From Microthyrium microscopicum (taxonomy: Eukaryota): a stretch of 64,000 nucleotides of DNA. The notes under the pieces were generated by a model that had not been told where the DNA came from, searched no databases, and saw nothing but the letters and a program-made list of their open reading frames with translations. Numbering within the stretch: position 1 is the stretch's first letter; every line of letters begins with the position of its first letter. Below are positions 39,800 to 52,380 of this stretch, piece by piece. The DNA lies in the NCBI GenBank assembly GCA_010405405.1, contig MU004233.1, forward strand, positions 1,738,566 through 1,802,565, written 5' to 3'. Both the position numbers and the translations under genes were made by a program.

Positions 39800-42420
39800 T
39801 ATATAGTGGATTACTACTCGTTCTAAGTCTACTATTATCTTTAGGCGTATTTACTTTGCGCTATTTATACTACTATATTTAGAAGGATTATATTTCTACC
39901 TAAAAGGACTTAAAGAATAAGTATAATACAGCGAATAATATAAGGGAGACTAGCTATAGCATCCTTAATTAGGATATTTCATAACCTACTACTAACAACA
40001 AACTATATAGCCTTACTAAAGATAACTTTAGAAATAATTTTAATCTTAAAGACATAGAAGAGGCCAGCCATAGCATCCCTAATTAGGATATTTCGCAACC
40101 TACTACTAACAACGAACTATATAGCCTTACTAAAGATAACTTTAAAGATAATTTCAAACTTAAAGACATAAAAGAAGCTAGCCATAGCATCCCTAATTAG
40201 GATATTTCACAACCTGCTACTAATAACGAACTATATAGCCTTACTAAAGATAACTTTAGAGATAATTTTAATCTTAAAAATATAGAAGAGGCTAGCTAAG
40301 GCCTTTAGACTTAAGACATTTTGTAAACTACTAGTAACGAACTATATAGCCTTACTAAAGATAAATTTAAAGATAATTTTAATCTTAAAGATATAGAAGA
40401 AGCTAGCTAAGACATTTAGGATTTAGACATTTCGCAACCCACTAATAATAAACTATATAGCTTTACTAAAAATAATTTTAAGGACGACGTTAACCTTAAT
40501 AAGGACGTAGATAAAGCTAGCTAAAGCCTTTAGAATCTAGATATTTTATAAATAGCTATTAATAAATTGCTATATTATTATAATAAAGAGGATTTTAAAG
40601 ATATTAATAATATAAGCTTAGCTAAGCAAGAGATTCAAACATTAGATCTTACTTAACTTAGTAGTTAAGACGTATATTTACTATATTTAAGTACTAGTTC
40701 TAATACGCCTATTCTATAGTCTTCTTTGCCTTTATATAAGCAAATTTCTTTAGACATTAATACTACTTCTATTAACTTTACTATAATAAATATTAACCTA
40801 AAACCTATTTAAGGCAATACTTTGCTTACCTAGGATAATATTAATATAGATATTAATACTAAGAAAAAGAATAATACTATATAGGTTTATTAAATCTTCT
40901 TAAGCCCTAAGTAGTAAGTAATTCTTAATTAAGTTATAGACTAAAGCAAAAGTATTTTTTTTATAGAATTTGTTAGTATTAGTAAGTCTGTCCTACTTTA
41001 AGAAATTATTACTAGGCTCTAAAGTAAGTATAAAAGCTAGAATAATTTTGTTATTATTATAGCTTTAACGGGACTTATAGCTTGTAATATTAGAAGAATA
41101 ACTCTTTATAGTTTTGCTAGTATTAGCCTTAGAAAGAGATCTTTAGAGGAATACATTAAGAGTATAGCTATATCTACTTAGGAAAGGTAAGCAAAAGTAA
41201 GAGTTTTTATTATTAATAAGATATCTATAATTAATAGTAATCTCTTTAATAAGATTAAATATATTACTTAGTTAAAGAAGCAGAGCAATCTTTCTTTTAG
41301 AAGTATATAGCTTATAATTACTAATAATTTCTTCTAGTTATCCCTAGTACTAGAAGCAGGAGAGTAATTAAAGTTTGCTTTTAATACTTAGACTTAAAAT
41401 TTATGCCTTCTAAATACTATTACTCTTTACAAGGTATTTAGATAATAAGATCTAGGTATATATATCTACTATTTTCTTAGACTACTTACTACTATTTAAA
41501 ATAGCTTTTAATAGATAACTAGAATTCGCTAGCATGCTTAATTAACTACGTAAAGACTATACTAATACCTTTTTAATTAAGGTTTTCTAGAGCCTTAATA
41601 GAAACCTTAATTTTCCTAATAGCATAGAGCCTACTAAGCTATTTCTAACTTATTTAGAAGTTACGTAGGCTAATTATATATAACTAGCTAGTCTAAGTAG
41701 AGGCAGCTATATATTTCTAGCTAAAGATAGTAGCCGTATTTCTATAGACATACGCTAGAAACTACTCTTTAACTTAATAGTATAATCGTAAATTACTATT
41801 AAGGTTAGTACTTAAGTTATACTTATAAAGAATTTAAATAATATACTTATTAATAGTAGTATTAGAAAGGTTATTACGTTTATAATAGCATTAGAGTAGG
41901 TTAAGAATATAGCAAATAGTAAGTTAAACTTATTATCCTAAGCCTTAGTTAAACTTACATCTTAGGTCTATCCTAAAGAGATAGTTATTAGTTGTACTTA
42001 GAGCTATCTAATAGATCCTAACGCAATATACCTATTAGTATAATTTTCTTTTATAAATAGTATAAGCTAGAACTACTACTATTAGCCTAAACTCTAGAAG
42101 ATTAAGCTACTAAATAGCTAATTCTAGGCATCTTGGCTATAAGTTCCTCTAATTTTAGCTTAGTCGTTATCTATTTATAAAGTATAAGGCTAGACCCTAG
42201 ATTAGGTAAAGGTAGATCTTACTTAGATTTTTAAGCAAGGCTAAGCGTATATAGCTCTTAGTTGCGTAACTAGTATAGCAAGATTACAAGTTATAGGATT
42301 TTATAATACTATAATAATAGTTTATAAGTCAGTTTAAGAGTTTTACGTAGGTTTATTAGATATAGTAGCAGCTAAACCTAATAATGCTCTATATACTTTA
42401 CTATTAAAATTATTAGTAAG
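39800..42420 (+). pseudogene. PIF1: PIF1-family (SF1B) DNA helicase pseudogene with a 67-nt intron (41456-41522)
   Basis: SKSIFFIEFVSISKSVLL*EII (GKSVFFTGSAGTGKSVLLREII, ~40945-41010). ALTGLIACNIRRITLYSFASISLR (ASTGLAACNIGG.TLHSFAGIGLG). IINKISII (IDEISMI). PFGGIQL…GDFFQLPPV relic. R**DL^EFASMLN*LR spans a GT..AG intron. VPLILA*SLSIYKV*G*TLD…G*AYIALSCVTS (AWSLSIHKAQGQTL…GQAYVALSRATS). Confidence 0.95.
39949..40625 (+). repeat. 114-bp (38-codon) tandem repeat, ~6 copies, in frame with the PIF1 helicase domain
   Basis: Units start at 39949, 40063, 40177, 40291, 40402 and 40516. De-RIPed consensus is about ASHSIPDWDISQPATDNELYSLTEDDFGDDFDLEDMEE. Confidence 0.92.
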
Positions 42421-42607
42421 TAAAAGGAAGAGATAGTTATATAACGTATAACGTTTACTACTACTACTAAATGTACTTATAACGAATTAGACTTAACCTA
42501 AAAGGATAAAGACATAATATTATATATAAAGGCTATATTCTTATAGTTAGTTTGGTGTATTATATTTAGCGTAAATAAGAACTATTATATTTATAAATTA
42601 TACTCTA

Positions 42608-42741
42608 TAGGCTAAAACTATACTAGTAATTAGTGTAATATATAGAATAGGAGATTAGGACCTTATACTTATAGGCGAGCTTACTAAGCCCTAAGCGCTA
42701 GAAAGGAACTAAGCGTACTTAGAGGTAAGCTTACAACCTAG
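42608..42741 (+). repeat. Dispersed ~130-bp repeat, copy 2 (copy 1 at 21011-21143)
   Basis: GGAGATTAGGACCTTATACTTATAGGCGAGCTTACTAAGCCCTAAGCGCTAGAAAGGAACTAAGCGTACTTAGAGGTAAGCTT. Confidence 0.85.
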
Positions 42742-44819
42742 GATAGAATATATAAATTAATAAGTAGCATTAGGTTAGAGTTTATATAGAAGGATAGAAC
42801 TTATTTGCAATTCTATAGGAATACGTTATATATTTAACAGTAATTACTTTACTAAATATACTACTTCTATTAGCCTAGTAAGAAAGTTAGCTTTTAATAT
42901 AGCACTATAGACTACTAAGCTTACAATAATAATAAGCAAATACAACCCTTTACAGCTAGGACTAAGGTTCTTATTATTACTACCATTATAGATAGAGAGA
43001 ACTTTCTAAGGAGGGCTTACGTCTACTATAAATGCTATTAGGTAATCTTATACTAATGCTTAATATAAGTAATTATAGAATAGTAGTAGTAATTACCTTT
43101 TATATACTTATAAATATTAAGATTAGCTAGGTATATTTACAAAGGGCACTTAGGATTAATTAGCTAGTACCTAGAGTAGTATAATAAGAATAAGTTTTTT
43201 TATATTAGTATTTTCACTCATAGAAATACTATTAATCTTAATAACATTTTATACTACTAATATATGCCTTTAATAAACTATTAAACCTCCATTTATTAAG
43301 AGCTAATTTATTACTATAGTAATACGTTTTTCCATTATATCTATATTAACTACTGCTTCATATTCTAAATAGTTAACCTTTAATACTATTAATTTCTACC
43401 GCGCTATATAGATAGTAAATAAGATTAATAATAGCTTAATATAGACGTTAATCTATATTTATAACTTAAGGTATAATTTAGTCTTTTCGTAGTTTTGCCT
43501 AGCATTATAGCTAATAGACTAAGTCTTATTAAGATATAGCTATTTATATTAATAGTATCTATTAAGGGACTAATAAAGTTAATATAATGGAGTCTAGGCT
43601 TAGTTAGCTAGAATATAACTTACATTTAATATAGACCTAAGCCTAGTTAACTAGATTTCCTAGACTATTAGTCTAATATTATTAGATATATAGTAAGCAT
43701 TTAAGGCGGCTTAGAGTTATTATATATTTACGTTTTTATTAAACGAAATTAATTGCTAAAAAGCGCTTATATAATAAATTTGCTTATAAGTAGAAATAGT
43801 ATAGTTATTATCTTAATCCTATACTAATAACACTTAGAGCTAATGTCTTATACAATAATTACTAAAATTTAGTTATTATAGTATTAGTAGTACTTACTAC
43901 TTAAATTAGCTATACTAGCAACATAACTAAGTATGTTTAAACTATATCGTTTGCCTAAATAAGCTAATTATATATAGTATTACCTTATTAGTAATTTTAA
44001 AATAAAATAGTAGTTTAAGACTAACGTTATAAGTATAAATAGTAAGTAGCTATTACTATGTAGCTATAAATTAGTTATGAAGATATAGTAGGGCCTTCTC
44101 CTCTTTATATAGTTTAGAGTTAACCTATAGGATTTAAAGAGACAGATTAGGCTATACTTAAGTTACAAAATTTAAAGTAGTACTAGTTAAAAGGATAATA
44201 GAAAAGGTGTATATGTAATAAAGGTAGTAATAAAGCTAATTCATTAAAGGGTCGCTCTCTATAATAATAGTCTAAATATAAAAGGTAAAGATTTCATCTA
44301 TAACTAAAAAGCGTAGTATTTTACGCTTTAATTTAAGTAGAAAGTTGCTTAGAGAGCGTATCTAGGTAACCTTTATTAACATTTTTAGTCGTTATAATTA
44401 ATATACTTAAACTAAATAAGGTCTACTAAGAAAATAATAGGAGTTATTAAGGTAAAAAACCTAGAGTATTATAAGGTTTCATAGTTAAAAAGTACTTAAT
44501 AAGATAGTAATTAAATTTATAAAACAAAAAAAAGCCACCTCTATTAAAGTAACTACTATACCTACCTTATGCTACGTATCTAGTAGGAGCTAATATTAAC
44601 TTTTTTAAGTTATACACCTTAAATCTTTTTAATTAATTTTATACCTTATACTAGCTACTATAGCTTATATCTAAGTAAGTAAGAGCTACTAGTAAATACG
44701 TTAAATACCTACCTAATAACCTAATATATTTTCTACCTACTTACTTAGTTATTAACTCATATTCTCTTCTACTAACTCCGCCTCTTAACCTTAATATACT
44801 ATATATACTTCTCTCTATT

Positions 44820-45630
44820 AGAGCCAAAACTCTTAAATCCTCGTTTCTTCTACCGTAATAGTAGATCCATATAGTAATATTTAGTTTAATACTAATATAA
44901 TTAATATACAAAACCTATATAGACCTAATTCTATATCTATTCCCTTTATAATTAGATAAGCTAACTAGATACGTAGTTTTACTAGCAATATTATTTAGAT
45001 TATAGTTAGCTAGAGCCTAGATTAGCATTGCTTAAACGTATACAAGCAGCATTTAATTAGTAACTTAGATCTATTCTAGTCAATGTTTAAACACGCTAAC
45101 TACAACAATATAGAAACTTCTATCTTCCTACCGAATTAAAAGCTAGACGTTTTCTACCTATTTCTAGTCTTTATTTACGGCGGTCAAGTATACAATATAA
45201 TTACAAACCTCGTATCCAAGAAACTATTACAACTCACTAACAACATAACGTTAATAGAGACAACAATAGATCTATTACTTAAGGCCCTATTCTACACAGA
45301 GTACCTACAAAGTAATAGCTTTTATAATATACTAATTAACGCTATTTACTACATAATAGTTAATTATAATCATATACCTACTAGTACTATTTACATTAAC
45401 GCCATTATTAATCTAGCCTTATCTATAGTTATTAAGTTATTTTAGGATTTATTTATCTTACAAGGAACAATAGAATAACTAGCTTTTAGTAGTAGTACTA
45501 ACTAAGAACATATAGACTTTTAGAAAGGGTTAGCGATAAAGGCTTATTGTAAATTACGTAACAAGACCCTATTAAAAGGATTAACCTAAGTAGTAGATAT
45601 AGACTTTTATAAATACTATATCCATTAAGA
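44820..45630 (+). pseudogene. Fungal BTB/POZ-domain protein pseudogene
   Basis: II*IIVS*SLD*HCLNVYKQHLISNLDLF*SMFKH…IFLPN*KLDVFYLFLVFIYGG…LLLKALFYTEYLQSNSFYNILINAI. This fits the I.VG…VHK..L…S..F..MF…LPD..P..F..F..FIY…AEYLQ…F.N..IDAI pattern of fungal BTB proteins. Confidence 0.85.
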
Positions 45631-46146
45631 TAGTAAAAAGTGCTACGATTATTAACAGTTTATTTAGCTTATTATACAGCTAAAATATATAACATTTAAG
45701 TTATATAGTACAATAAAAGATTATAGTTCTACTATACTTCTTTAAATATATCTAACTAAGCTATACTTATATAGTATAGATAATAGTCAAGTTTACTATA
45801 TATATATATATATATTTCCTATATAGGTACCTTGCCCTTCCTATACTATATAGTTAAAAGAGAAACCTACTTCTTATAGTAGTCTACGTAGGTCTTACTA
45901 TTTAGGATAAGTATACTAGGAGCTACTTTTTATAGTAGTTACCATAGGTTTTATAGTCTAGGATAGATATATAAGAGCTTTTTAGCAAACGCAAGCTAAA
46001 GAATAAACACTAGAATGTCTATAGGCTAAAAAGGTAGGTACTACTTCCTTTTATAGCTAGTCTAGTAGGTAATAATCCTTCTACCCTTTAGATAGACTCT
46101 CTATATCCTCCTTAGTATTATATGCTAAATTAATACTATAATATAT

Positions 46147-48570
46147 AGCTTACTTAATACATTCTTTTAGGAAAATAAGCTAGTTAAAGTTTTATAGCGT
46201 ACCTACCCTTTCTATAAGGCTTTTATTTAATTGCTATAAAGGCTAGCTAGACCTTATTAATAAACTCTAGAAGCTATAGCTAGTTAGGATCATATTTTCT
46301 TAGGCTAGTAGTATTTAAGAATAGTAATATTAACTTGCCTAAAGGAGTATCCTTAAGCTTTATAGAATTATCTAGGAAGCAGTAAATTAAGATATTAGTC
46401 TTAACTTTTAGTTTCTAGTAACGATTAATAGCTACTTCTTTTATAGACCTTTTTGATAGCTAAGATCTAATCGTCATTTTTATTATCATCTTTATTTTCT
46501 ACTTTTAGAATTTATCCTATAGCATTAATAGCTTTCTAGGTCTACTTTAAATCTAAGTTTAGAAGATAGTTAATTTTAGGCGTTAGTATCTTTTTTCTAG
46601 CTCTTTTAATTTCGTTATAGCTACTAGTTCTTACGACTTTCTATAAACGGTAAGGTTAAAGAGTAATAATACTAAGAAATAATACTACTTAAATAGGCTA
46701 TAGCTAGTAGTAAATAATACTAAACTACTACCTTTTTAGGTAATATATACAGCTATTAGATATTCTTTATCTATTCTTCCTCTCTCTATAATTACTATAA
46801 ACTAAACCTATAGCCTACTTAATATATTCTTTTAAGAAGATAAGCTAGTTAAAGTTTTATAGCGCACTTACCCTTTCTATAAGGCTTTCGTTTAATCGCT
46901 ATAAAGGCTAGCTAGACCCTATTAATAAACTCTAGAAGCTATAGCTAGTTAGGGTCATATTTTCTTAGGCTAGCAGTATTTAGGAATAGTAATGTTAACT
47001 TACCTAAAGGAGTATTCTTAAGCTTCATAGAATTAGCTAGGAAGTAGCAAATTAAGAGATTAGTCTTAACTTTTAGTTTCTAGTAACGATTAATAGCTAC
47101 TTTCTTTATAGACCTTTTTAATAGCTAAGATCTACCTTCTATAAATAGAAAAGTTAAGAGTAATAATACTACTTAAATAGGCTATAGCTAGTAGTAAATA
47201 ATACTAAACTACTACTACCTTTTTAGGTAATGTGTATATCTATTAGACATTCTTTATTTATCTTTCTTCTCTCTATAATTCTAATACTATTACTTTATCG
47301 TAATAGCACTATAGTACTAAGCCTTAGCTAAGCTACTACGCTTGCTATAAATAGAACCTATAGCCTACTTAATATATTCTTTTAGAAAGATAAGCTAGTT
47401 AAGGTTTTATAGCGTACTTTTTCTATAAAGCTTTCGTTTAATTATTATAAAAGCTAGCTAGACTTTATTAAAAAACTCTAGAAGCTATAGCTAGTTAGGG
47501 CCGTATTTTCTTAGACTAGCAGTATTTAAGAATAGTAATATTAACTCACTTAAAGGAGTATCCTTAAGCTTTATAGAATTATCTAGGAAGTAACAAATTA
47601 AGAGATTAGTCTTAACTTTTAGTTTCTAGTAACAATTAATAGCTACTTTCTTTATAGACCTTTTTAATAGCTAAGATCTACCTTCTATAAATAGAAAGGT
47701 TAAGAGTAATAATACTACTTAAATAGGCTACGACTAGTAGTAAATAATACTAAACTACTACTACCTTTTTAGGTAATATATATATCTATTAGATATTCTT
47801 CATCTATTCTTCCTCTCTCTATAATTCTAATACTATTACTTTACTATAGTAGCACTATAGTACTAAGCCTTAGCTAAGCTACTACGCTTACTATAAATAG
47901 AACCTATAGCCTACTTAATATATTCTTTTAAAAAGATAAGCTAGTTAAAGTTTTATAGCGTACCCTTTCTATAAGGCTTTCATTTAATTACTATAAAGGC
48001 TAGCTAGACTCTATTAAAAAACTCTAAAAGCCATAGCTAGTTAGGGCTATATTTTCTTAGGCTAGTAATATTTAAGAATAGTAATATTAATTTACCTAAA
48101 GGAGTATCCTTAAGCTTTATAGAATTGTCTAGGAAGTAACGAATTAAGATATTAGTCTTAACTTTTAGTTTCTAGTAACGATTAATAGCTACTTCTTTTA
48201 TAAACCTTTTTAATAGCTAAGATCTAATTATTATCTTTATTATTATCTTCATTTTCCGCTTTTAGAATTTGTCCTATAGTATTAATAGCTTTCTAGGTCT
48301 ACTTTAAATCTAAGTTTAGAAGATAGTTAATTTTAGGCGTTAGTATCTTTTTTCTAACTCTTTTGATTTTGTTATAGCTACTAGTTCTTATAACTTTCTA
48401 TAAATAGCAAGGTTAAAGAGTAATAATACTATAAAATAATACTACTTAAATAGGTTATAGCTAGTAGTAAATAATTCTAAACTAAGATAGCTACCTTTTT
48501 AGGTAATGTGTATATCTATTAGATATTCTTTATCTACCCTTCTTCTCTTTGTAATTCTAATTAGAACCTA
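46147..48570. repeat. Tandem repeat of four 546-665 bp units (long-short-short-long)
   Basis: AGC(C/T)TACTTAATA(T/C)ATTCTTT at 46147, 46812, 47362 and 47908. An extra ~190-bp block is present only in units 1 and 4. Confidence 0.93.
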
Positions 48571-49974
48571 TAACTAATCTAGCGGCAAATCTTTTATAAT
48601 AATAAAGCTCTTATTTAATATTAAATAATATTAATAGCGCTAGATATTCTAAATAGAAAAAAGGCAAGTCTATATCATTATATTAATTATAGAAGAAACT
48701 ATAGCCTATTAGCTAATTATACTTACTTTTCCTATACTATAGTTAACGGGTAGAGCTACTTCTTATAGTACTCTATATAGGTCTTATAGTTTAGGATAGG
48801 TACATAAGAGCCTTCTAGTAAACGTATAAGAGCCTTCTAGTAAATACATACTAAAGAATAAATAATATTTAAATAGGCTACAGCTAGCAGCAAATAATAC
48901 TAAACAAATATAGCTATCTTTATAATAGTACCTATATCTAGTAGACTTACTTTATTCTTCTATTCTTACTTTTCTTTATCCTTCCTTTCTCTTTATTCTT
49001 CTTCTTTATTCCTCTTCTTTATCCTCTTTTCTTAACTTTATTAGAGAGGCATTAGCTATTTCGTAAATACTATTATTTAAGTAGCTAGATAGTTAGCTTT
49101 AAAAAGGACCCTAAGAAGACTCTATCTTTTATAGTAATACTAAGCCTTAGGCAATTTTTTATGCTTGTCTTAATAGAACCTATAGCTAGCTAAATTGCGA
49201 AGCCTTTACTAAGATAAAGCTTTTATTTAATACCTAATAAGGTTAATAGCGCTATAGCTTCTAGATAGAAAATAAGCAATTCTATATAGGTATATTGCCT
49301 ATAAAGAAAACTATAGCTTATTAATTTATTAAGCTTGCCTTCTTGCCTTATAGTTAATAGAAAGACCTTAACTATATATACCTAAGTAGTTTAGGCTATA
49401 TATAGAATATAGTAGAGAAGGTATATATATAGACTTTTAGTATAGCTATATGCCTTTTACGCACTTAGAGTCGTAGATGTTAAGTAGTTTAACTATATAT
49501 TTACTACTAGTAGATTATATAAAGTAGTTACGTCCCTTAAGATTATATGCTTAATACTCTAGTTTTGCTTTACTATATCTTAGCTTCCTACTCTTATACT
49601 TTAAATAGGCTTTAGTATTAGGTTTTTTAAGAGTAGTAATCTTCTTATCCTTAAGGTAAATACGATCGTAGTTACTAGTAAAAACCTAGCTTACGCATAG
49701 CCTATACTACGTATATAGCCTTACTTTGTTATACTTTTTCTTTTTTACTTTATAGTAAGCATAACCTTATCTCTTTATAGTAGCTATATTAGTCTTATTC
49801 CCTTTAAATACATTTACTAGCTACTACGAGAAGCCTTTAGAGAAGGCTATACTAGACAACTTAGAGGAAGCTACGACTTATTAACTACTTATTCCTAATA
49901 CTAGACATTATAGCTAGAGGTACTTTATATAGCTATCTTTTAATAGCTCTTTACCTCTTCTAGTACGTAGAAGT

Positions 49975-50700
49975 TTGCTAACTTTAACTTATCTTTTAGC
50001 AATTTATTTATAATTACCTCTAAAGCCGCCTCACTTAAAACTTATTTAGAAGGATTAGCTAGTGCTGCCTAATATTAGGAATCTGCGTCCTTAACTGCTC
50101 CACTAAGCTAGTTTAAGTTTAGAAATAATAAACTTACCTAGTTTACTTCTAATTTAGGAAGGTAGGCTCTATTACTAACTTTAACTTATCTTCTAGCAAT
50201 TCATTTATAATTACCTCTAAAGCCGCCTTATTTAACACTTATTAGGAAGGATTAGCTAGTACTACCTAATATTAGGAATCCACGTCCTTAACTACTCTAC
50301 TAAGCTAGTTTAAGTCTAGGAATAATAAACTTGCCTAGTCTACTTCCAATTTAGGAAGATAGGCTCTATTGCTAACTTCAACTTATCTTCTAGCAAGTCA
50401 TTCATAATTGCCTCTAAAGCCGCCTCATTCAATACTCATTAGGAAGGATTAGCTAGTACTACCTAATATTAGGAATCCGCGTCCTTAACTACTTCACTAG
50501 AGGTTATTTAGTAAGCCATAGAGTGGCGCTACCTACTTCAATACGAACGCCTAGATTTACGAAGCGTCAAGACGTATTGAGACGCTACACTTAGCAATTT
50601 GGCTTATCTCGACGCGTATTAAGTATTGTTCTAGTTTCTTTAAGTCTAGGAATAATTAACTTGCCTAGTCAACTTTCAATTCAGTAAGGCAGGCTCAAAA
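49975..50700 (-). repeat. 197-bp tandem repeat x3 (exon + intron module)
   Basis: CTAACTT(T/C)AACTTATC at 49978, 50175 and 50372. The minus-strand unit parses as a 68-nt G(C/T)AAGT…CTAATATTAG intron plus a 129-nt exon. Confidence 0.9.
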
Positions 50701-50887
50701 TATCTCTTTCCATTATATAGGCAATATATACATCTTAGACCTTCTTTATCTATCCTTCGTCTCTATCCTTTATCTCTACAATCCTAATTCCTAAACCAGA
50801 CCACAGAAGCATAAGCAAGTATACCTAGTTAGATTAACCCTAGAGGCAACTATAGCCTATTTGTTAGCGTCTCCTATACTACACTTC

Positions 50888-51270
50888 AACAGTATATAGC
50901 TACTCCTTATAGTAGTAATTTACGCTATCCTATAGTCTAGAATAAATATACTAAGGGCTACTTCCTTATACTAGTCTATATATGTCTTGTCTATATTACG
51001 GCACTATGCCTCCTAACTTTAGCTATTACTAATACTAAATGAAATTAATCCTAGAGGAATTTCGCAAGCAAAATATCCTAGTCAGTAAAACGTCTACTAT
51101 TTCTCTAAACAGTATATAGCTACTCCTTATAGTACTAGTCTATGCATATCTTTTTAATCATCTACATTACGGCACTATGCCTTCTAACTTTAGCCATTAC
51201 TAATACTAGATAAAATTAATCCTTAAAGAATTTCGCAAGCAAAATATCCTAGTTAGTAGAACGCCTACCC
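50888..51270. repeat. Direct duplication (50888-51097 and 51108-51268)
   Basis: AACAGTATATAGCTACTCCTTATAGTA…TTACGGCACTATGCC…AATTTCGCAAGCAAAATATCCTAGT occurs twice. Confidence 0.88.
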
Positions 51271-51680
51271 TAAATAGTATCTACAGTAGGCAATTCATAT
51301 TAACCTAAGCACTTTCCTTTTTAGGTTATATATTGCGTCAGGTATAATAGGTTTTAGATAGTTAAATATAGTAGTTAGTAGTTAGGCTAAAATAATAGCT
51401 AACACTTCCTTTAATAGCTATTTAAGCAATACTCTTTTTACTTTTTAGATAACTCTAGCTTTAGATATAGTAATATTAGCTTGCACGAAGCAACATCCTT
51501 AAGCTTTATAGAATTGCCTAAGAAGCAGTAAATTAAGATATTGTTGCTAACTTTACGATTCTAGTAATCGTTAAGTGCTACTAATTGTAATTAACCTTAA
51601 TAGCTAAATATACCTTATAAGAACGGAAAGGTAAAGAGTAATAATACTACTAACGAATACTCCCGGAATAGGCTGCGGCT

Positions 51681-52380
51681 AGTAGTAGTGAATAGCACTA
51701 GACCAATACAGCTACCTTTTTAGGTAACGTGTACATTTAGCTATTAGACCTGCTTCATCTATTATTAAGTCTACTAAGTTCTCTAACGCCCCTATATTAA
51801 GCGCTACCCAGCAGCCCTACGCTTATTCTATTAACGTTCTGCCTTCCTTAACGCTTAATAGCTACTATCTCCATCTAGATTTTACTAGCTCTAACAAAAA
51901 TAGTAGTATAAAAAAGTACTACCTAAATAAGCTACGGCTAGCGAAAAATATAGAACAAACACTACTACCTCTTACGATAGGTGCATAGGATACTCCTAGC
52001 AAATGCATGCTAAGTAGTAGTAAATAGTACCAGACCAATATAGCTACCTTTTCAGGTAACGTATACATTCAGCTATTAGACCTTCTTTATCTATCATTAA
52101 GCCTACTAAGTTCTCTAACGTCCCCTAAATTAAACGCCACCTAGCCCTACGCTCTCTAGATAAAGATAGTAGCCATTCAGCGTTAATAAAGGAAGAACGA
52201 CTACTATCTTCATCTAGATTTTGCTTACTCACAGCCGCGTTCCAAAGATACGAGCTCCAACAAAAATAGTAGTATAGAAGAACATTACTCAAATAAGCTA
52301 CAGCTAGCGAAAAATGCGGAACAAACACTACTACCTCTTGCAACAGGTGCACAAGATACTCCCAGCAAACGCATACCAAA
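51681..52380. repeat. Direct duplication (~51681-52010 and ~52013-52378)
   Basis: AGACCAATA(C/T)AGCTACCTTTT…CTACTAAGTTCTCTAACG…AAATAAGCTAC(G/A)GCTAGCGAAAAAT occurs twice. Confidence 0.88.

Noticed and set aside
39800..42420. Helitron RepHel
   Set aside because: No HUH/Y2 Rep motifs upstream. The motifs and intron look like cellular Pif1.
52125..52379. 84-aa ORF as a standalone gene
   Set aside because: It is a stop-free remnant of the duplicated module in the 45.8-52.4 kb relic. Its paralogue at ~51790-52010 is broken.
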